A DNA stretch of 64,000 nt from Rebecca billardiae RCC1528 (GCA_965240325.2 OZ251253.1:62001-126000); one strand, 5' to 3'; positions 32,901 to 34,954 are shown, numbered from the stretch's first letter. Made by a program: numbers and translations. Notes: generated from the letters alone by a model not told the origin.

Positions 32901-34954
32901 CTGGGCGGCGGGCTCGGCGGCGGGCTCGGCGGTGGGCTCGGCGGCGGACTCGGCGGAGGAGAGGGTGGCGGGCTGGGCGGCGGCGAGGGCGGCGGGCTCG
33001 GCGGCGGCGGGCTCGGCGGCGGGCTGGGCGGAGGGCTCGGCGGCGGCGACGGCGGCGGGCTCGGCGGCGGACTGGGCGGCGGACTGGGCGGAGGGCTCGG
33101 CGGCGGGCTCGGCGGCGGCGAAGGCGGAGGGCTCGGCGGCGGTGACGGCGGTGGGCTCGGCGGGGGCGGGCTCGGGGGCGGGCTCGGGGGCGGGCTGGGC
33201 GGTGGGCTCGGCGGCGGACTGGGCGGTGGGCTGGGCGGCGGGCTGGGCGGTGGACTGGGCGGCGGGCTCGGCGGCGGGCTCGGCGGCGGGCTCGGCGGCG
33301 GGCTGGGCGGCGGGCTTGGCGGCGGGCTCGGCGGCGGGCTCGGTGGCGGTGATGGCGGCGGGCTCGGTGGCGGCGGGCTTGGCGGTGGGCTCGGCGGCGG
33401 AGAGGGCGGCGGGCTCGGCGGTGGGCTCGGCGGCGGCGAGGGCGGCGGGCTCGGCGGCGGGCTGGGCGGCGGCGACGGGGGCGGTGGGCTGGGCGGAGGG
33501 CTGGGCGGCGGGCTGGGCGGCGGGCTGGGCGGTGGACTGGGCGGCGGGCTGGGCGGCGGGCTGGGCGGTGGGCTCGGCGGCGGGCTCGGAGGCGGGCTGG
33601 GCGGCGGGCTTGGCGGTGGACTGGGCGGCGGGCTTGGCGGCGGGCTCGGCGGAGGGCTCGGCGGCGGTGATGGCGGCGGGCTCGGCGGCGGCGGGCTGGG
33701 CGGCGGGCTCGGCGGCGGCGAGGGCGGCGGGCTCGGCGGCGGGCTCGGCGGCGGCGACGGCGGCGGGCTCGGCGGCGGGCTCGGTGGCGGGCTCGGCGGC
33801 GGCGACGGCGGCGGGCTCGGCGGCGGCGACGGCGGCGGGCTCGGCGGCGGCGACGGCGGCGGCGACGGCGGCGGCGACGGCGGTGGGCTCGGCGGAGGGG
33901 AAGGTGGCGGTGGGCTCGGCGGCGGGCTTGGAGGCGGCGACGGCGGCGGCGACGGTGGCGGGCTCGGTGGCGGGCTCGGCGGAGGGCTTGGCGGTGGCGG
34001 GCTCGGCGGCGGAGACGGCGGCGGTGACGGAGGCGGCTCCGGCGGTGGGATCGGCGGCGGGCTGGGCGGCGGGCTGGGCGGCGGCGGGCTCGGCGGCGGG
34101 GACGGCGGTGGCGGGCTCGGCGGCGGGGACGGCGGCGGGCTCGGCGGCGGGCTTGGCGGCGGCGATGGCGGCGGCGACGGCGGCGGCGTTGGCGGCGGCG
34201 CCGGCGGCGGCGGACTTGGTGGTGGGCTGGGCGGCGGGCTCGGCGGCGGGCTCGGCGGCGGGCTCGGCGGTGGCGGCGAGGGCGGCGGCGACGGCGGTGG
34301 CGACGGCGGCGGCGACGGCGGCGGCGACGGCGGTGGCGACGGCGGCGGCGACGGCGGCGGCGGCGACGGCGGCGGGCTCGGCGGAGGGCTCGGCGGCGGC
34401 GCCGGCGGAGGGCTCGGCGGCGGGCTCGGCGGCGGGCTCGGCGGCGGCGGCGATGGCGGCGGGCTCGGTGGCGGCGATGGTGGCGGCGATGGTGGCGGGC
34501 TCGGCGGCGGGCTCGGCGGCGGCGGGCTCGGCGGCGGGCTCGGCGGCGGCGACGGTGGCGGTGGCGATGGCGGCGGCGATGGCGGCGGGCTCGGCGGCGG
34601 CGGGCTCGGCGGCGGCGCCGGCGGCGGGCTGGGCGGCGAGGGCGGCGAGGGCGGGGATGGCGGTGGCGGTGGGCTCGGCGGCGGCGACGGCGGCGGCGGG
34701 CTCGGCGGCGGCGACGGCGGGTTCGCCGTGAGCCGCCGTCGTGCGGCCGGCTCGGCCGATCGCCCATCGGCAGCTGGCGGCGGAGCGAAGGCTGCCTCGG
34801 CCCCGGGCGGCGCGCGCGCGCGCGCGCGCGCGGCGCCCGGCCGTGGGTCTTCGCGGATGCCGACGGCGCCGACTGCGATCATGAGCACGGCGATCCATGC
34901 CGCGCGCGAGGGCCGCGATGCGGCCCTCCTCCACACGCTGCGCAGTGGCGCCAT
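1..34954 (-). CDS. Giant secreted/surface extensin-mucin-like protein: signal/anchor + ~3,600 aa (Ser-Pro3)n + ~59 SEA-like domains; 3' partial, at least 11,651 aa, intronless in the window
   Basis: ATG at 34954-34952 with in-frame stops just upstream (34963-34961, 34978-34976). Hand translation gives MAPLRSVWRRAASRPSRAAWIAVLMIAVGAVGIR...RRRLTANPPSPPPS. The same frame still reads VLTPGASASSPADLEALSRALGVLVVD at bases 82-2. The ORF track lists no terminated minus ORF in this frame, and all long + shadow ORFs (75, 2796, 5910, 7479) share one register. Confidence 0.9.
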   Translation of the reverse strand, partial: MAPLRSVWRRAASRPSRAAWIAVLMIAVGAVGIREDPRPGAARARARAPPGAEAAFAPPPAADGRSAEPAARRRLTANPPSPPPSPPPPSPPPSPPPPPSPPSPPSPPSPPPAPPPSPPPPSPPPSPPPSPPPPSPPPSPPPSPPPPSPPPSPPPSPPPSPPPSPPPSPPPPSPPPSPPPSPPPAPPPSPPPSPPPSPPPPSPPPSPPPSPPPSPPPSPPPSPPPSPPPPSPPPSPPPSPPPSPPPSPPPPAPPPTPPPSPPPSPPPSPPPSPPPSPPPSPPPPSPPPSPPPPSPPPSPPPIPPPEPPPSPPPSPPPSPPPPSPPPSPPPSPPPSPPPSPPPSPPPSPPPPSPPPSPPPSPPPSPPPSPPPSPPPSPPPSPPPSPPPSPPPSPPPSPPPSPPPSPPPSPPPSPPPSPPPSPPPPSPPPSPPPSPPPSPPPSPPPSPPPSPPPSPPPSPPPSPPPSPPPSPPPSPPPSPPPSPPPSPPPSPPPPSPPPSPPPSPPPSPPPSPPPSPPPSPPPSPPPSPPPPSPPPSPPPSPPPSPPPSPPPSPPPSPPPSPPPSPPPSPPPSPPPSPPPSPPPSPPPSPPPSPPPSPPPPSPPPSPPPSPPPSPPPSPPPSPPPSPPPSPPPSPPPSPPPSPPPSPPPSPPPPSPPPSPPPSPPPSPPPSPPPSPPPSPPPSPPPSPPPSPPPSPPPSPPPSPPPSPPPSPPPSPPPPSPPPSPPPSPPPSPPPSPPPSPPPSPPPSPPPPSPPPSPPPSPPPSPPPSPPPSPPPIPPPSPPPSPPPSPPPSPPPSPPPSPPPPSPPPSPPPSPPPSPPPSPPPSPPPSPPPSPPPSPPPPSPPPSPPPSPPPSPPPSPPPSPPPSPPPSPPPSPPPSPPPSPPPSPPPSPPPPSPPPSPPPSPPPSPPPSPPPSPPPSPPPSPPPSPPPSPPPSPPPSPPPSPPPSPPPSPPPSPPPPSPPPSPPPSPPPSPPPSPPPSPPPSPPPSPPPSPPPSPPPSPPPSPPPPSPPPSPPPSPPPSPPPSPPPSPPPSPPPSPPPSPPPSPPPSPPPSPPPSPPPSPPPSPPPSPPPPSPPPSPPPSPPPSPPPSPPPSPPPSPPPSPPPSPPPSPPPSPPPSPPPSPPPSPPPSPPPSPPPPSPPPSPPPSPPPSPPPSPPPSPPPSPPPSPPPSPPPSPPPSPPPSPPPSPPPSPPPSPPPSPPPPSPPPSPPPSPPPSPPPSPPPSPPPSPPPSPPPSPPPSPPPSPPPSPPPSPPPSPPPSPPPSPPPPSPPPSPPPSPPPSPPPSPPPSPPPSPPPSPPPSPPPSPPPSPPPSPPPSPPPSPPPSPPPSPPPPSPPPSPPPSPPPSPPPSPPPSPPPSPPPSPPPSPPPSPPPSPPPSPPPSPPPSPPPSPPPSPPPPSPPPSPPPSPPPSPPPSPPPSPPPSPPPSPPPSPPPSPPPSPPPSPPPSPPPSPPPRPPPSPPPSPPPSPPPSPPPSPPPSPPPRPPPSPPPSPPPSPPPSPPPSPPPSPPPSPPPSPPPSPPPSPPPSPPPSPPPSPPPPSPPPSPPPSPPPSPPPSPPPSPPPSPPPSPPPSPPPSPPPSPPPSPPPSPPPSPPPSPPPSPPPPSPPPSPPPSPPPSPPPSPPPSPPPSPPPSPPPSPPPSPPPSPPPSPPPSPPPSPPPRPPPSPPPSPPPSPPPSPPPSPPPSPPPRPPPSPPPSPPPSPPPSPPPSPPPSPPPSPPPSPPPSPPPSPPPSPPPRPPPSPPPSPPPSPPPSPPPSPPPSPPPSPPPSPPPSPPPSPPPSPPPSPPPSPPPSPPPSPPPSPPPSPPPSPPPSPPPSPPPSPPPSPPPSPPPSPPPSPPPSPPPSPPPSPPPSPPPSPPPSPPPSPPPSPPPSPPPSPPPSPPPSPPPSPPPSPPPSPPPSPPPSPPPSPPPSPPPSPPPSPPPSPPPSPPPSPPPSPPPSPPPSPPPSPPPSPPPSPPPSPPPSPPPSPPPSPPPSPPPSPPPSPPPSPPPSPPPSPPPSPPPSPPPSPPPSPPPSPPPSPPPSPPPSPPPSPPPSPPPSPPPSPPPSPPPSPPPSPPPSPPPSPPPSPPPSPPPSPPPSPPPSPPPSPPPSPPPSPPPSPPPSPPPSPPPSPPPSPPPSPPPSPPPSPPPSPPPSPPPSPPPSPPPSPPPSPPPSPPPSPPPSPPPSPPPSPPPSPPPSPPPSPPPSPPPSPPPSPPPSPPPSPPPSPPPSPPPSPPPSPPPSPPPSPPPSPPPSPPPSPPPSPPPSPPPSPPPSPPPSPPPSPPPSPPPSPPPSPPPSPPPSPPPSPPPSPPPSPPPSPPPSPPPSPPPSPPPSPPPSPPPSPPPSPPPSPPPSPPPSPPPSPPPSPPPSPPPSPPPSPPPSPPPSPPPSPPPSPPPSPPPSPPPSPPPSPPPSPPPSPPPSPPPSPPPSPPPSPPPSPPPSPPPSPPPSPPPSPPPSPPPSPPPSPPPSPPPSPPPSPPPSPPPSPPPSPPPSPPPSPPPSPPPSPPPSPPPSPPPSPPPSPPPSPPPSPPPSPPPSPPPSPPPSPPPSPPPSPPPSPPPSPPPSPPPSPPPSPPPSPPPSPPPSPPPSPPPSPPPSPPPSPPPSPPPSPPPSPPPSPPPSPPPSPPPSPPPSPPPSPPPSPPPSPPPSPPPSPPPSPPPSPPPSPPPSPPPSPPPSPPPSPPPSPPPSPPPSPPPSPPPSPPPSPPPSPPPSPPPSPPPSPPPSPPPSPPPSPPPSPPPSPPPSPPPSPPPSPPPSPPPSPPPSPPPSPPPSPPPSPPPSPPPSPPPSPPPSPPPSPPPSPPPSPPPSPPPSPPPSPPPSPPPSPPPSPPPSPPPSPPPSPPPSPPPSPPPSPPPSPPPSPPPSPPPSPPPAPPPSPPPSPPPSPPPSPPPSPPPSPPPSPPPSPPPSPPPSPPPSPPPSPPPSPPPSPPPSPPPSPPPSPPPSPPPSPPPSPPPSPPPSPPPSPPPSPPPSPPPSPPPSPPPSPPPSPPPSPPPSPPPSPPPSPPPSPPPSPPPSPPPSPPPSPPPSPPPSPPPSPPPSPPPSPPPSPPPSPPPSPPPSPPPSPPPSPPPSPPPSPPPSPPPSPPPSPPPSPPPSPPPSPPPSPPPSPPPSPPPSPPPSPPPSPPPSPPPSPPPSPPPSPPPSPPPSPPPSPPPSPPPSPPPSPPPSPPPSPPPSPPPSPPPSPPPSPPPSPPPSPPPSPPPSPPPSPPPSPPPSPPPSPPPSPPPSPPPSPPPSPPPSPPPSPPPSPPPSPPPSPPPSPPPSPPPSPPPSPPPSPPPSPPPSPPPSPPPSPPPSPPPSPPPSPPPSPPPSPPPSPPPSPPPSPPPSPPPSPPPSPPPSPPPSPPPSPPPSPPPSPPPSPPPSPPPSPPPSPPPSPPPSPPPSPPPSPPPSPPPSPPPSPPPSPPPSPPPSPPPSPPPSPPPSPPPSPPPSPPPSPPPSPPPSPPPSPPPSPPPSPPPSPPPSPPPSPPPSPPPSPPPIPPPSPPPSPPPSPPPSPPPSPPPSPPPSPPPSPPPSPPPSPPPSPPPSPPPSPPPSPPPSPPPSPPPSPPPSPPPSPPPSPPPSPPPSPPPSPPPSPPPSPPPSPPPSPPPSPPPSPPPSPPPSPPPSPPPSPPPPSPPPSPPPSPPPSPPPSPPPPSPPPSPPPSPPPSPPPSPPPSPPPSPPPSPPPSPPPPSPPPGPPPSPPPSPPPSFIPSPPPHTPPAPPSSPPSPPPRPPPSPPPAPPPSLPPPPRTEPFPPPSPPAPPPSPPPSPPPSRPPSPPPSPPPPTPPPSPPPPASPPQPPSTPPGAPPPTPPPSPPPPPRTLPFPPPSPPSSPPPPSPPPPPSPPSPPSPPSPPPDLSAESYAALTLNTTLDAFGNASVAMLATIGAQLGVDVGRLSVEGVTITDEGLVRVVLKLVAETGAGGGAGEPLVDLAAVLAPGASETAPASLEELSAALGVDVVSVPRAHVPPSPPPSPPSVPPRAPPPPPPAPPPSPPDPPPSPPSPPPSLAANEYVELTLDVSAEDFAVDSHIVLGAIAETLGVDEARVSVNQLVPNEDGTLSVVVRVSTDPEAGEQPVDAVGQLTPGATPSSPATLEALSQSLGVTVVELPRSFTPPSPPPVPSAPPPPPLAAETFVRLTLGTTEAAFSEQSAALLEALADELGVDASRLSVESTASTTGGELDVVIRVTTEPSLGETAVDPIAELAPGASETAPASLEELSAALGVDVVSVPRAHVPPSPPPLMPPSSPPLRPPPPSPPPSPPDPPPSPPSPPPGSATTEYVELRLDVSAEDFAVLSGDLLSAMAAELGVDASRVDIDVLEPNEDGSLSVLLKVTTDEEAGETAVNAAALLTPGASADSVASLAELSTSLGVVVLDTPVSRISPSPPPVPSAPPPPPLVAETFVRLTLGTTEAAFSEQSAALLEALADELGVDASRLSVESTASTTGGALDVVIRVTTEPSLGETVVDPIAELAPGASETAPASLEELSAALGVDVVSVPRAHVPPSPPPASPPNAPPFPPSPLSPPPSPPPSPPDPPPSPPSPPPGSATTEYVELRLDVSAEDFAVLSGDLLSAMAAELGVDPSRVDIDVLEPNEDGSLSVLLKVTTDEEAGETAVNAAALLTPGASAVSVASLAELSTSLGVVVLDTPVSRISPSPPPVPSAPPPPPLVAETFVRLTLGTTEAAFSEQSAALLEALADELGVDASRLSVESTAGTTGGELDVVIRVTTQPPLGESVVDPIAELAPGASETAPASLEELSAALGVDVVSVPRAHVPPSPPPASPPNAPPAPPAPLSPPPSPPPSPPDPPPSPPSPPPGSATTEYVELRLDVSAEDFAVLSGDLLSAMAAELGVDPSRVDIDVLEPNEDGSLSVLLKVTTDEEAGETAVNAAAQLTPGASADSVASLAELSASLGVIVLDTPVSRVPPSPPPMPSAPPPPPLVAETFVRLTLGTTEAAFSEQSAALLEALADELGVDASRLSVESTASTTGGALDVVIRVTTEPSLGETAVDPIAELAPGASETAPASLEELSAALGVDVVSVPRAHVPPSPPPASPPNAPPFPPSPLSPPPSPPPSPPDPPPSPPSPPPGSATTEYVELRLDVSAEDFAVLSGDLLSAMAAELGVDPSRVDIDVLEPNEDGSLSVLLKVTTDEEAGETAVNAAALLTPGASADSVASLAELSASLGVIVLDTPVRRISPSPPPMPSAPPPPPLVAETFVRLTLGTTEAVFSEQSAALLEALADELGVDASRLSVESTASTTGGELDVVIRVTTEPSLGETAVDPIAELAPGASETAPASLEELSAALGVDVVSVPRAHVPPSPPPASPPNAPPAPPSPLSPPPSPPPSPPDPPPSPPSPPPGSATTEYVELRLDVSAEDFAVLSGDLLSVMAAELGVDPSRVDIDVLEPNEDGSLSVLLKVTTDEEAGETAVNAAALLTPGASAVSVASLAELSASLGVVVLDTPVRRISPSPPPMPSAPPPPPLVAETFVRLTLGTTEAAFSEQSAALLEALADELGVDASRLSVESTASTTGGELDVVIRVTTEPSLGETAVDPIAELVPGASETAPASLEELSAALGVDVVSVPRAHVPPSPPPASPPNAPPFPPSPLSPPPSPPPSPPDPPPSPPSPPPGSATTEYVELRLDVSAEDFAVLSGDLLSAMAAELGVDPSRVDIDVLEPNEDGSLSVLLKVTTDEEAGETAVNAAAQLTPGASADSVASLAELSASLGVVVLDTPVSRISPSPPPVPSAPPPPPLVAETFVRLTLGTTEAAFSEQSAALLEALADELGVDASRLSVESTASTTGGELDVVIRVTTEPSLGETAVDPIVELAPGASETAPASLEELSAALGVDVVSVPRAHVPPSPPPASPPNAPPFPPSPLSPPPSPPPSPPDPPPSPPSPPPGSATTEYVELRLDVSAEDFAVLSGDLLSAMAAELGVDPSRVDIDVLEPNEDGSLSVLLKVTTDEEAGETAVNAAAQLTPGASADSVASLAELSASLGVVVLDTPVSRISPSPPPVPSAPPPPPLVAETFVRLTLGTTEAAFSEQSAALLEALADELGVDASRLSVESTASTTGGELDVVIRVTTEPSLGETAVDPIAELAPGASETAPASLEELSAVLGVDVVSAPRAHVPPSPPPASPPNAPPFPPSPLSPPPSPPPSPPDPPPSPPSPPPGSATTEYVELRLEVSAEDFAVLSGDLLSAMAAELGVDPSRVDIDVLEPNEDGSLSVLLKVTTDEEAGETAVNAAAQLTPGASADSVASLAELSASLGVVVLDTPVSRISPSPPPVPSAPPPPPLVAETFVRLTLGTTEAAFSEQSAALLEALADELGVDASRLSVESTASTTGGELDVVIRVTTEPSLGETAVDPIAELAPGASETAPASLEELSAALGVDVVSVPRAHVPPSPPPASPPNAPPFPPSPLSPPPLPPPSPPDPPPSPPSPPPGSATTEYVELRLDVSAEDFAVLSGDLLSAMAAELGVDASRVDIDVLEPNEDGSLSVLLKVTTDEEAGETAVNAAAQLTPGASADSVASLAELSTSLGVIVLDTPVRRISPSPPPMPSAPPPPPLVAETFVRLTLGTTEAVFSEQSAALLEALADELGVDASRLSVESTASTTGGELDVVIRVTTEPSLGETAVDPIAELAPGASETAPASLEELSAALGVDVVSVPRAHVPPSPPPASPPNAPPFPPSPLSPPPSPPPSPPDPPPSPPSPPPGSATTEYVELRLDVSAEDFAVLSGDLLSAMAAELGVDASRVDIDVLEPNEDGSLGVLLKVTTDEEAGETAVNAAVQLTPGASADSVASLAELSASLGVVVLDTPVSRISPSPPPMPSAPPPPPLVAETFVRLTLGTTEAAFSEQSAALLEALADELGVDASRLSVESTASTTGGALDVVIRVTTEPSLGETAVDPIAELAPGASETAPASLEELSAALGVDVVSVPRAHVPPSPPPASPPNAPPFPPSPLSPPPSPPPSPPDPPPSPPSPPPGSATTEYVELRLDVSAEDFAVLSGGVLSALAAELGVDPSRVDIDVLEPNEDGSLSVLLKVTTDEEAGEVAVNAAAQLTPGASADSVASLAELSASLGVLVLEQPRSLAPPSPPPPPHSPPPPPPLVAETFVRLTLGTTEAAFSEQSAALLEALADELGVDASRLSVESTASTTGGALDVVIRVTTEPSLGETVVDPIAELAPGASETAPASLEELSAALGVDVVSVPRAHVPPSPPPAPPSPPTPPPPSPRQPPPSPPPSPPDPPPSPPSPPPGSASTEYVELALDTTPEEFAVSGGSVLLALAAELGVSASRVSLDVLGVNADGSLRVVIKVGTDEEAGETPVDAAAQLTPGVSSASVGSLSELSASLGVTVLEVPRSPSRPSPPPPPPLVAEAFVRLTLGTTEAAFSEQSAALLEALADELGVDASRLSVESTASTTGGALDVVIRLTTEPSLGETAIDPIAELAPGASETAPTSLEELSAALGVDVVSVPRAHVPPSPPPAPPLRPPPAPPSPLSPPPSPPPSPPDPPPSPPSPPPGSATTEYVELRLDVSAEDFAVLSGGVLAALAAELGVDPSRVGIDVLEPNEDGSLRVLLKVTTDVEAGEVAVNAAAQLTPGASAGSVASLAELSASLGVLVLEQPRSLAPPSPPPPPHSPPPPPPLVAETFVRLTLGTTEAAFSEQSAALLEALADELGVDASRLSVASTAGTAGGELDVVIRVTTEPSLGETAIDPIAELAPGASETAPASLEELSAALGVDVVSVPRAHVPPSPPPAPPSPPTPPPPSPRQPPPSPPPSPPDPPPSPPSPPPGSASTEYVELALDTTPEEFAVSGGSVLVALAAELGVSASRVSLDVLGVNADGSLRVVIKVSTDEEAGETPVDAAAQLTPGVSSASVGSLSELSASLGVTVLEVPRSPSRPSPPPPPPLVAETFVRLTLGTTEAAFSEQSAALLEALADELGVDASRLSVESTASTTGGALDVVIRLTTEPSLGETAVDPIAELAPGASETAPASLEELSAALGVDVVSVPRAHVPPSPPPAPPLRPPPAPPSPLSPPPSPPPSPPDPPPSPPSPPPGSATTEYVELRLDVSAEDFAVLSGGVLAALAAELGVDPSRVGIDVLEPNEDGSLRVLLKVTTDVEAGEVAVNAAAQLTPGASAGSVASLAELSASLGVLVLEQPRSLAPPSPPPPPPLVAETFVRLTLGTTEAAFSEQSAALLEALADELGVDASRLSVASTAGTAGGELDVVIRVTTEPSLGETAIDPIAELAPGASETAPASLEELSAALGVDVVSVPRAHVPPSPPPAPPSPPTPPPPSPRQPPPSPPPSPPDPPPSPPSPPPGSASTEYVELALDTTPEEFAVSGGSVLVALAAELGVSASRVSLDVLGVNADGSLRVVIKVSTDEEAGETPVDAAAQLTPGVSSASVGSLSELSASLGVTVLEVPRSPSRPSPPPPPPLVAETFVRLTLGTTEAAFSEQSAALLEALADELGVDASRLSVESTASTTGGELDVVIRVTTEPSLGETAVDPIAELAPGASETAPASLEELSAALGVDVVSVPRAHVPPLAPPSAPPPPSLPPPSRPPSPPHPPPVPPSPPPSGTSSHVLLTFRASAEEFAAASSSVLAALSATLGVDAEQVQIELVDDAGGGQVDVVFVIRPPSSSDEPVQEVAQRLTPGEDGALVESLDELSEMLGLAVVALPRGHLPPSPPPHPPPDFASAQYVSVVLETSAADFALSADELVAAVAAELGVDASRVSVHTIAGSSGGLEVVIRVTTDVAAGEEAVDALAVLTPGATDESPSTLAELSSLLGTPVLSVPRGFMPPSAPPSPPSPPPDFGTNQYIALSVEASAAAFAASSDAVREALAAQLGVDPDRVVIDSVSSGEGGLLDVVVRVTTAPLLDEVPVADPVGSLTPGATVESPASLAELSALLGLPVGSVPRAHAPPSPPPSPPRPSSPPPAPPSAPSPPPLPPSPPRPPPDASAGTQYVALTLDVTAAEFDGASSLLLASLADALGVGVERLAVGSVTTTDDGLLDVVFTLSTDGGAGERAVDAVAVLTPGASASSPADLEALSRALGVLVVDAPHRHVPPSPPPLPPAQLGMPPSPPVPAPAPPPDRSANEYVLLQVDMAASEFAALAPAVEANVASALGVAASRVTVEAVQSADGLLSVVIKIATDTAAGEQTVHAAAALTPGAPTSSLASLAELSEALGVPVRALPRNHVPPAPPPAPPSPPPLPPPDFSVGQYVALVLDTSAEAFDATAASTLAAIAVQLGVSADRVSVESTSGVDGGGLEVVIKVTTDAVAGELAVDALSILAPGATDESPGTLAELSSLLGTPVLSVPRGFMPPSAPPSPPSPPPDFGTNQYIALSVESSAAVFAASSDAAREALAAQLGVDPDRVVIDSVSSGEGGLLDVVIRVTTAPLLDEVPVADPVGSLTPGATAESPASLAELSALLGLPVASVPRAHAPPSPPPSPPRPSWPPPAPPAAPSPPPRPPSPPSPPPDASAGTQYVALTLNVTAAEFDGASSLLLASLADALGVGVERLTVGSATITDDGLLDVVFTLSTDGGAGERAVDAVALLTPGASASSPADLEALSRALGVLVVDAPHRHVPPSPPPLPPSPSPPPSFDSEQYVALRLDMSSVAFASVSAETVSRVAAELGVDASRVSVEQVRSEDGLLSVVFKVTTDGTMGEPSVDVAAMLTPGATASSPTSLAELSAALGVPVRAQPLNHVPPSSPPASPSAPPQPPPDYTRAQYVALVLDTSADAFDATAASTLAAIAAQLGVSADRVSVESTGGVDGGGLEVVIKVTTDAVAGELAVDALSFLAPGATDESPGTLAELSSLLGTPVLSVPRGFMPPSAPPSPPSPPPDFGTNQYIALSVEASAAAFAASSDAVREALAAQLGVDPDRVVIDSVSSGEGGLLDVVIRVTTAPLLDEVPVADPVGSLTPGATSESPASLAELSALLGVPVGSAPRAHAPPSPPPSPPRPSSPPPAPPSAPSPPPRPPSPPSPPPDASAGTQYVALTLNVTAAEFDGASSFLLASLADALGVGVERLAVGSVTTTDDGLLDVVFTLSTDSGAGERAVDAVAVLTPGASTSSPSDLEALSRALGVLVVDAPHRHVPPSPPPLPPSPSPPPSFDREEYVVLQLDMTPVAFAAVTAQTVSRVAAELGVDASRVSVEQVRSEGGLLSVVFKVTTDAAAGETPVDPAAALAPGATPTSPTSLAELSAALGVPVRAQPFNHVPPSSPPSPPPSPPTPPPPPSPPPHPPPDFSVAQYVALVLDTSADAFGATAASTLVAIAAQLGVSVDRVSVESTRGVDGGGLEVVIKVTTDAVAGELAVDALSVLAPGATDESPGTLAELSSLLGTPVLSVPRGFMPPSAPPSPPSPPPDFGTNQYIALSVDASAAAFAASSDAVREALAAQLGVDPDRVVIDSVSSGEGGLLDVVVRVTTAPLLDEVPVADPVGLLTPGATAESPASLAELSALLGLPAASAPRAHAPPSPPPSPPRPSSPPPAPPAAPWPPPLPPSPPSPPPDASAGTQYVALTLNVTAAEFDGASSFLLASLADALGVGVERLTVGSVTTTDDGLLDVVFTLSTDSGAGERAVDAVAVLTPGASASSPADLEALSRALGVLVVDAPHRHVPPSPPPLPPSPSPPPSFDSEQYVALRLDMSSVAFASVSAQTVSRVAAELGVDASRVSVEQVRSEAGLLSVVLKVTTAESAGEPSVDVAAMLTPGATASSFTSLAELSAALGVPVRAQPLNHVPPSSPPASPSAPPQPPPDYTRAQYVALVLDTSADAFDATAASTLAAIAAQLGVSADRVSVESTGGVDGGGLEVVIKVTTDAVAGELAVDALSVLAPGATDESPSTLAELSSLLGTPVLSVPRGFMPPSASPSPPSPPPDFGTNQYIALSVEASAAAFAASSDAVREALAAQLGVDPDRVVIDSVSSGEGGLLDVVIRVTTAPLLDEVPVADPVGSLTPGATSESPASLAELSALLGVPVGSAPRAHAPPSPPPSPPRPSSPPPAPPSAPSPPPRPPSPPSPPPDASAGTQYVALTLNVTAAEFDGASSFLLASLADALGVGMERLAVGSVTTTDDGLLDVVFTLSTDSGAGERAVDAVAVLTPGASASSPSDLEALSRALGVLVVDAPHRHVPPSPPPLPPSPSPPPSFDREEYVVLQLDMTPVAFAAVTAQTVSRVAAELGVDASRVSVEQVRSEGGLLSVVFKVTTDAAAGETPVDPAAALAPGATPTSPTSLAELSAALGVPVRAQPFNHVPPSSPPSPPPSPPTPPPPPSPPPHPPPDFSVAQYVALVLDTSADAFGATAASTLVAIAAQLGVSVDRVSVESTRGVDGGGLEVVIKVTTDAVAGELAVDALSVLAPGATDESPGTLAELSSLLGTPVLSVPRGFMPPSAPPSPPSPPPDFGTNQYIALSVDASAAAFAASSDAVREALAAQLGVDPDRVVIDSVSSGEGGLLDVVVRVTTAPLLDEVPVADPVGLLTPGATAESPASLAELSALLGLPAASAPRAHAPPSPPPSPPRPSSPPPAPPAAPWPPPLPPSPPSPPPDASAGTQYVALTLNVTAAEFDGASSFVLASLADALGVGVERLAVGSVTTTDDGLLDVVFTLSTDSGAGERAVDAVAVLTPGASASSPADLEALSRALGVLVVD
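9360..14070 (-). repeat. Four-domain (A-B'-A-C) tandem array, period 1596-1617 bp
   Basis: Landmark spacings: 10434 to 12030 (1596), 11232 to 12849 (1617), 12030 to 13647 (1617). Confidence 0.85.
14070..22665 (-). repeat. 816-bp (272 aa, two-domain A/B) tandem array, ~10.5 near-identical copies
   Basis: Landmarks recur every 816 bp; shadow ORF ends fall at 14466, 15282, 16098, 16914, 17730, 18546, 19362, 20178, 20994 and 21810. Confidence 0.95.
23930..34720 (-). repeat. Coding tandem repeat with a mainly 12-bp unit encoding Ser-Pro-Pro-Pro (extensin/HRGP-type rod)
   Basis: Plus strand (GGC GGC GGG CTC / GGC GGC GGC GAC)n, which reads AGC/TCG CCG CCG CCG on the minus strand, over ~10.8 kb. 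Confidence 0.95.

Noticed and set aside
1-34720. CRISPR array, non-coding satellite, or bacterial PE-PGRS/RTX adhesin
   Set aside because: No repeat-spacer structure, and all periods are multiples of 3. Flanking genes have spliceosomal introns, and the Gly-rich reading is the non-coding strand.
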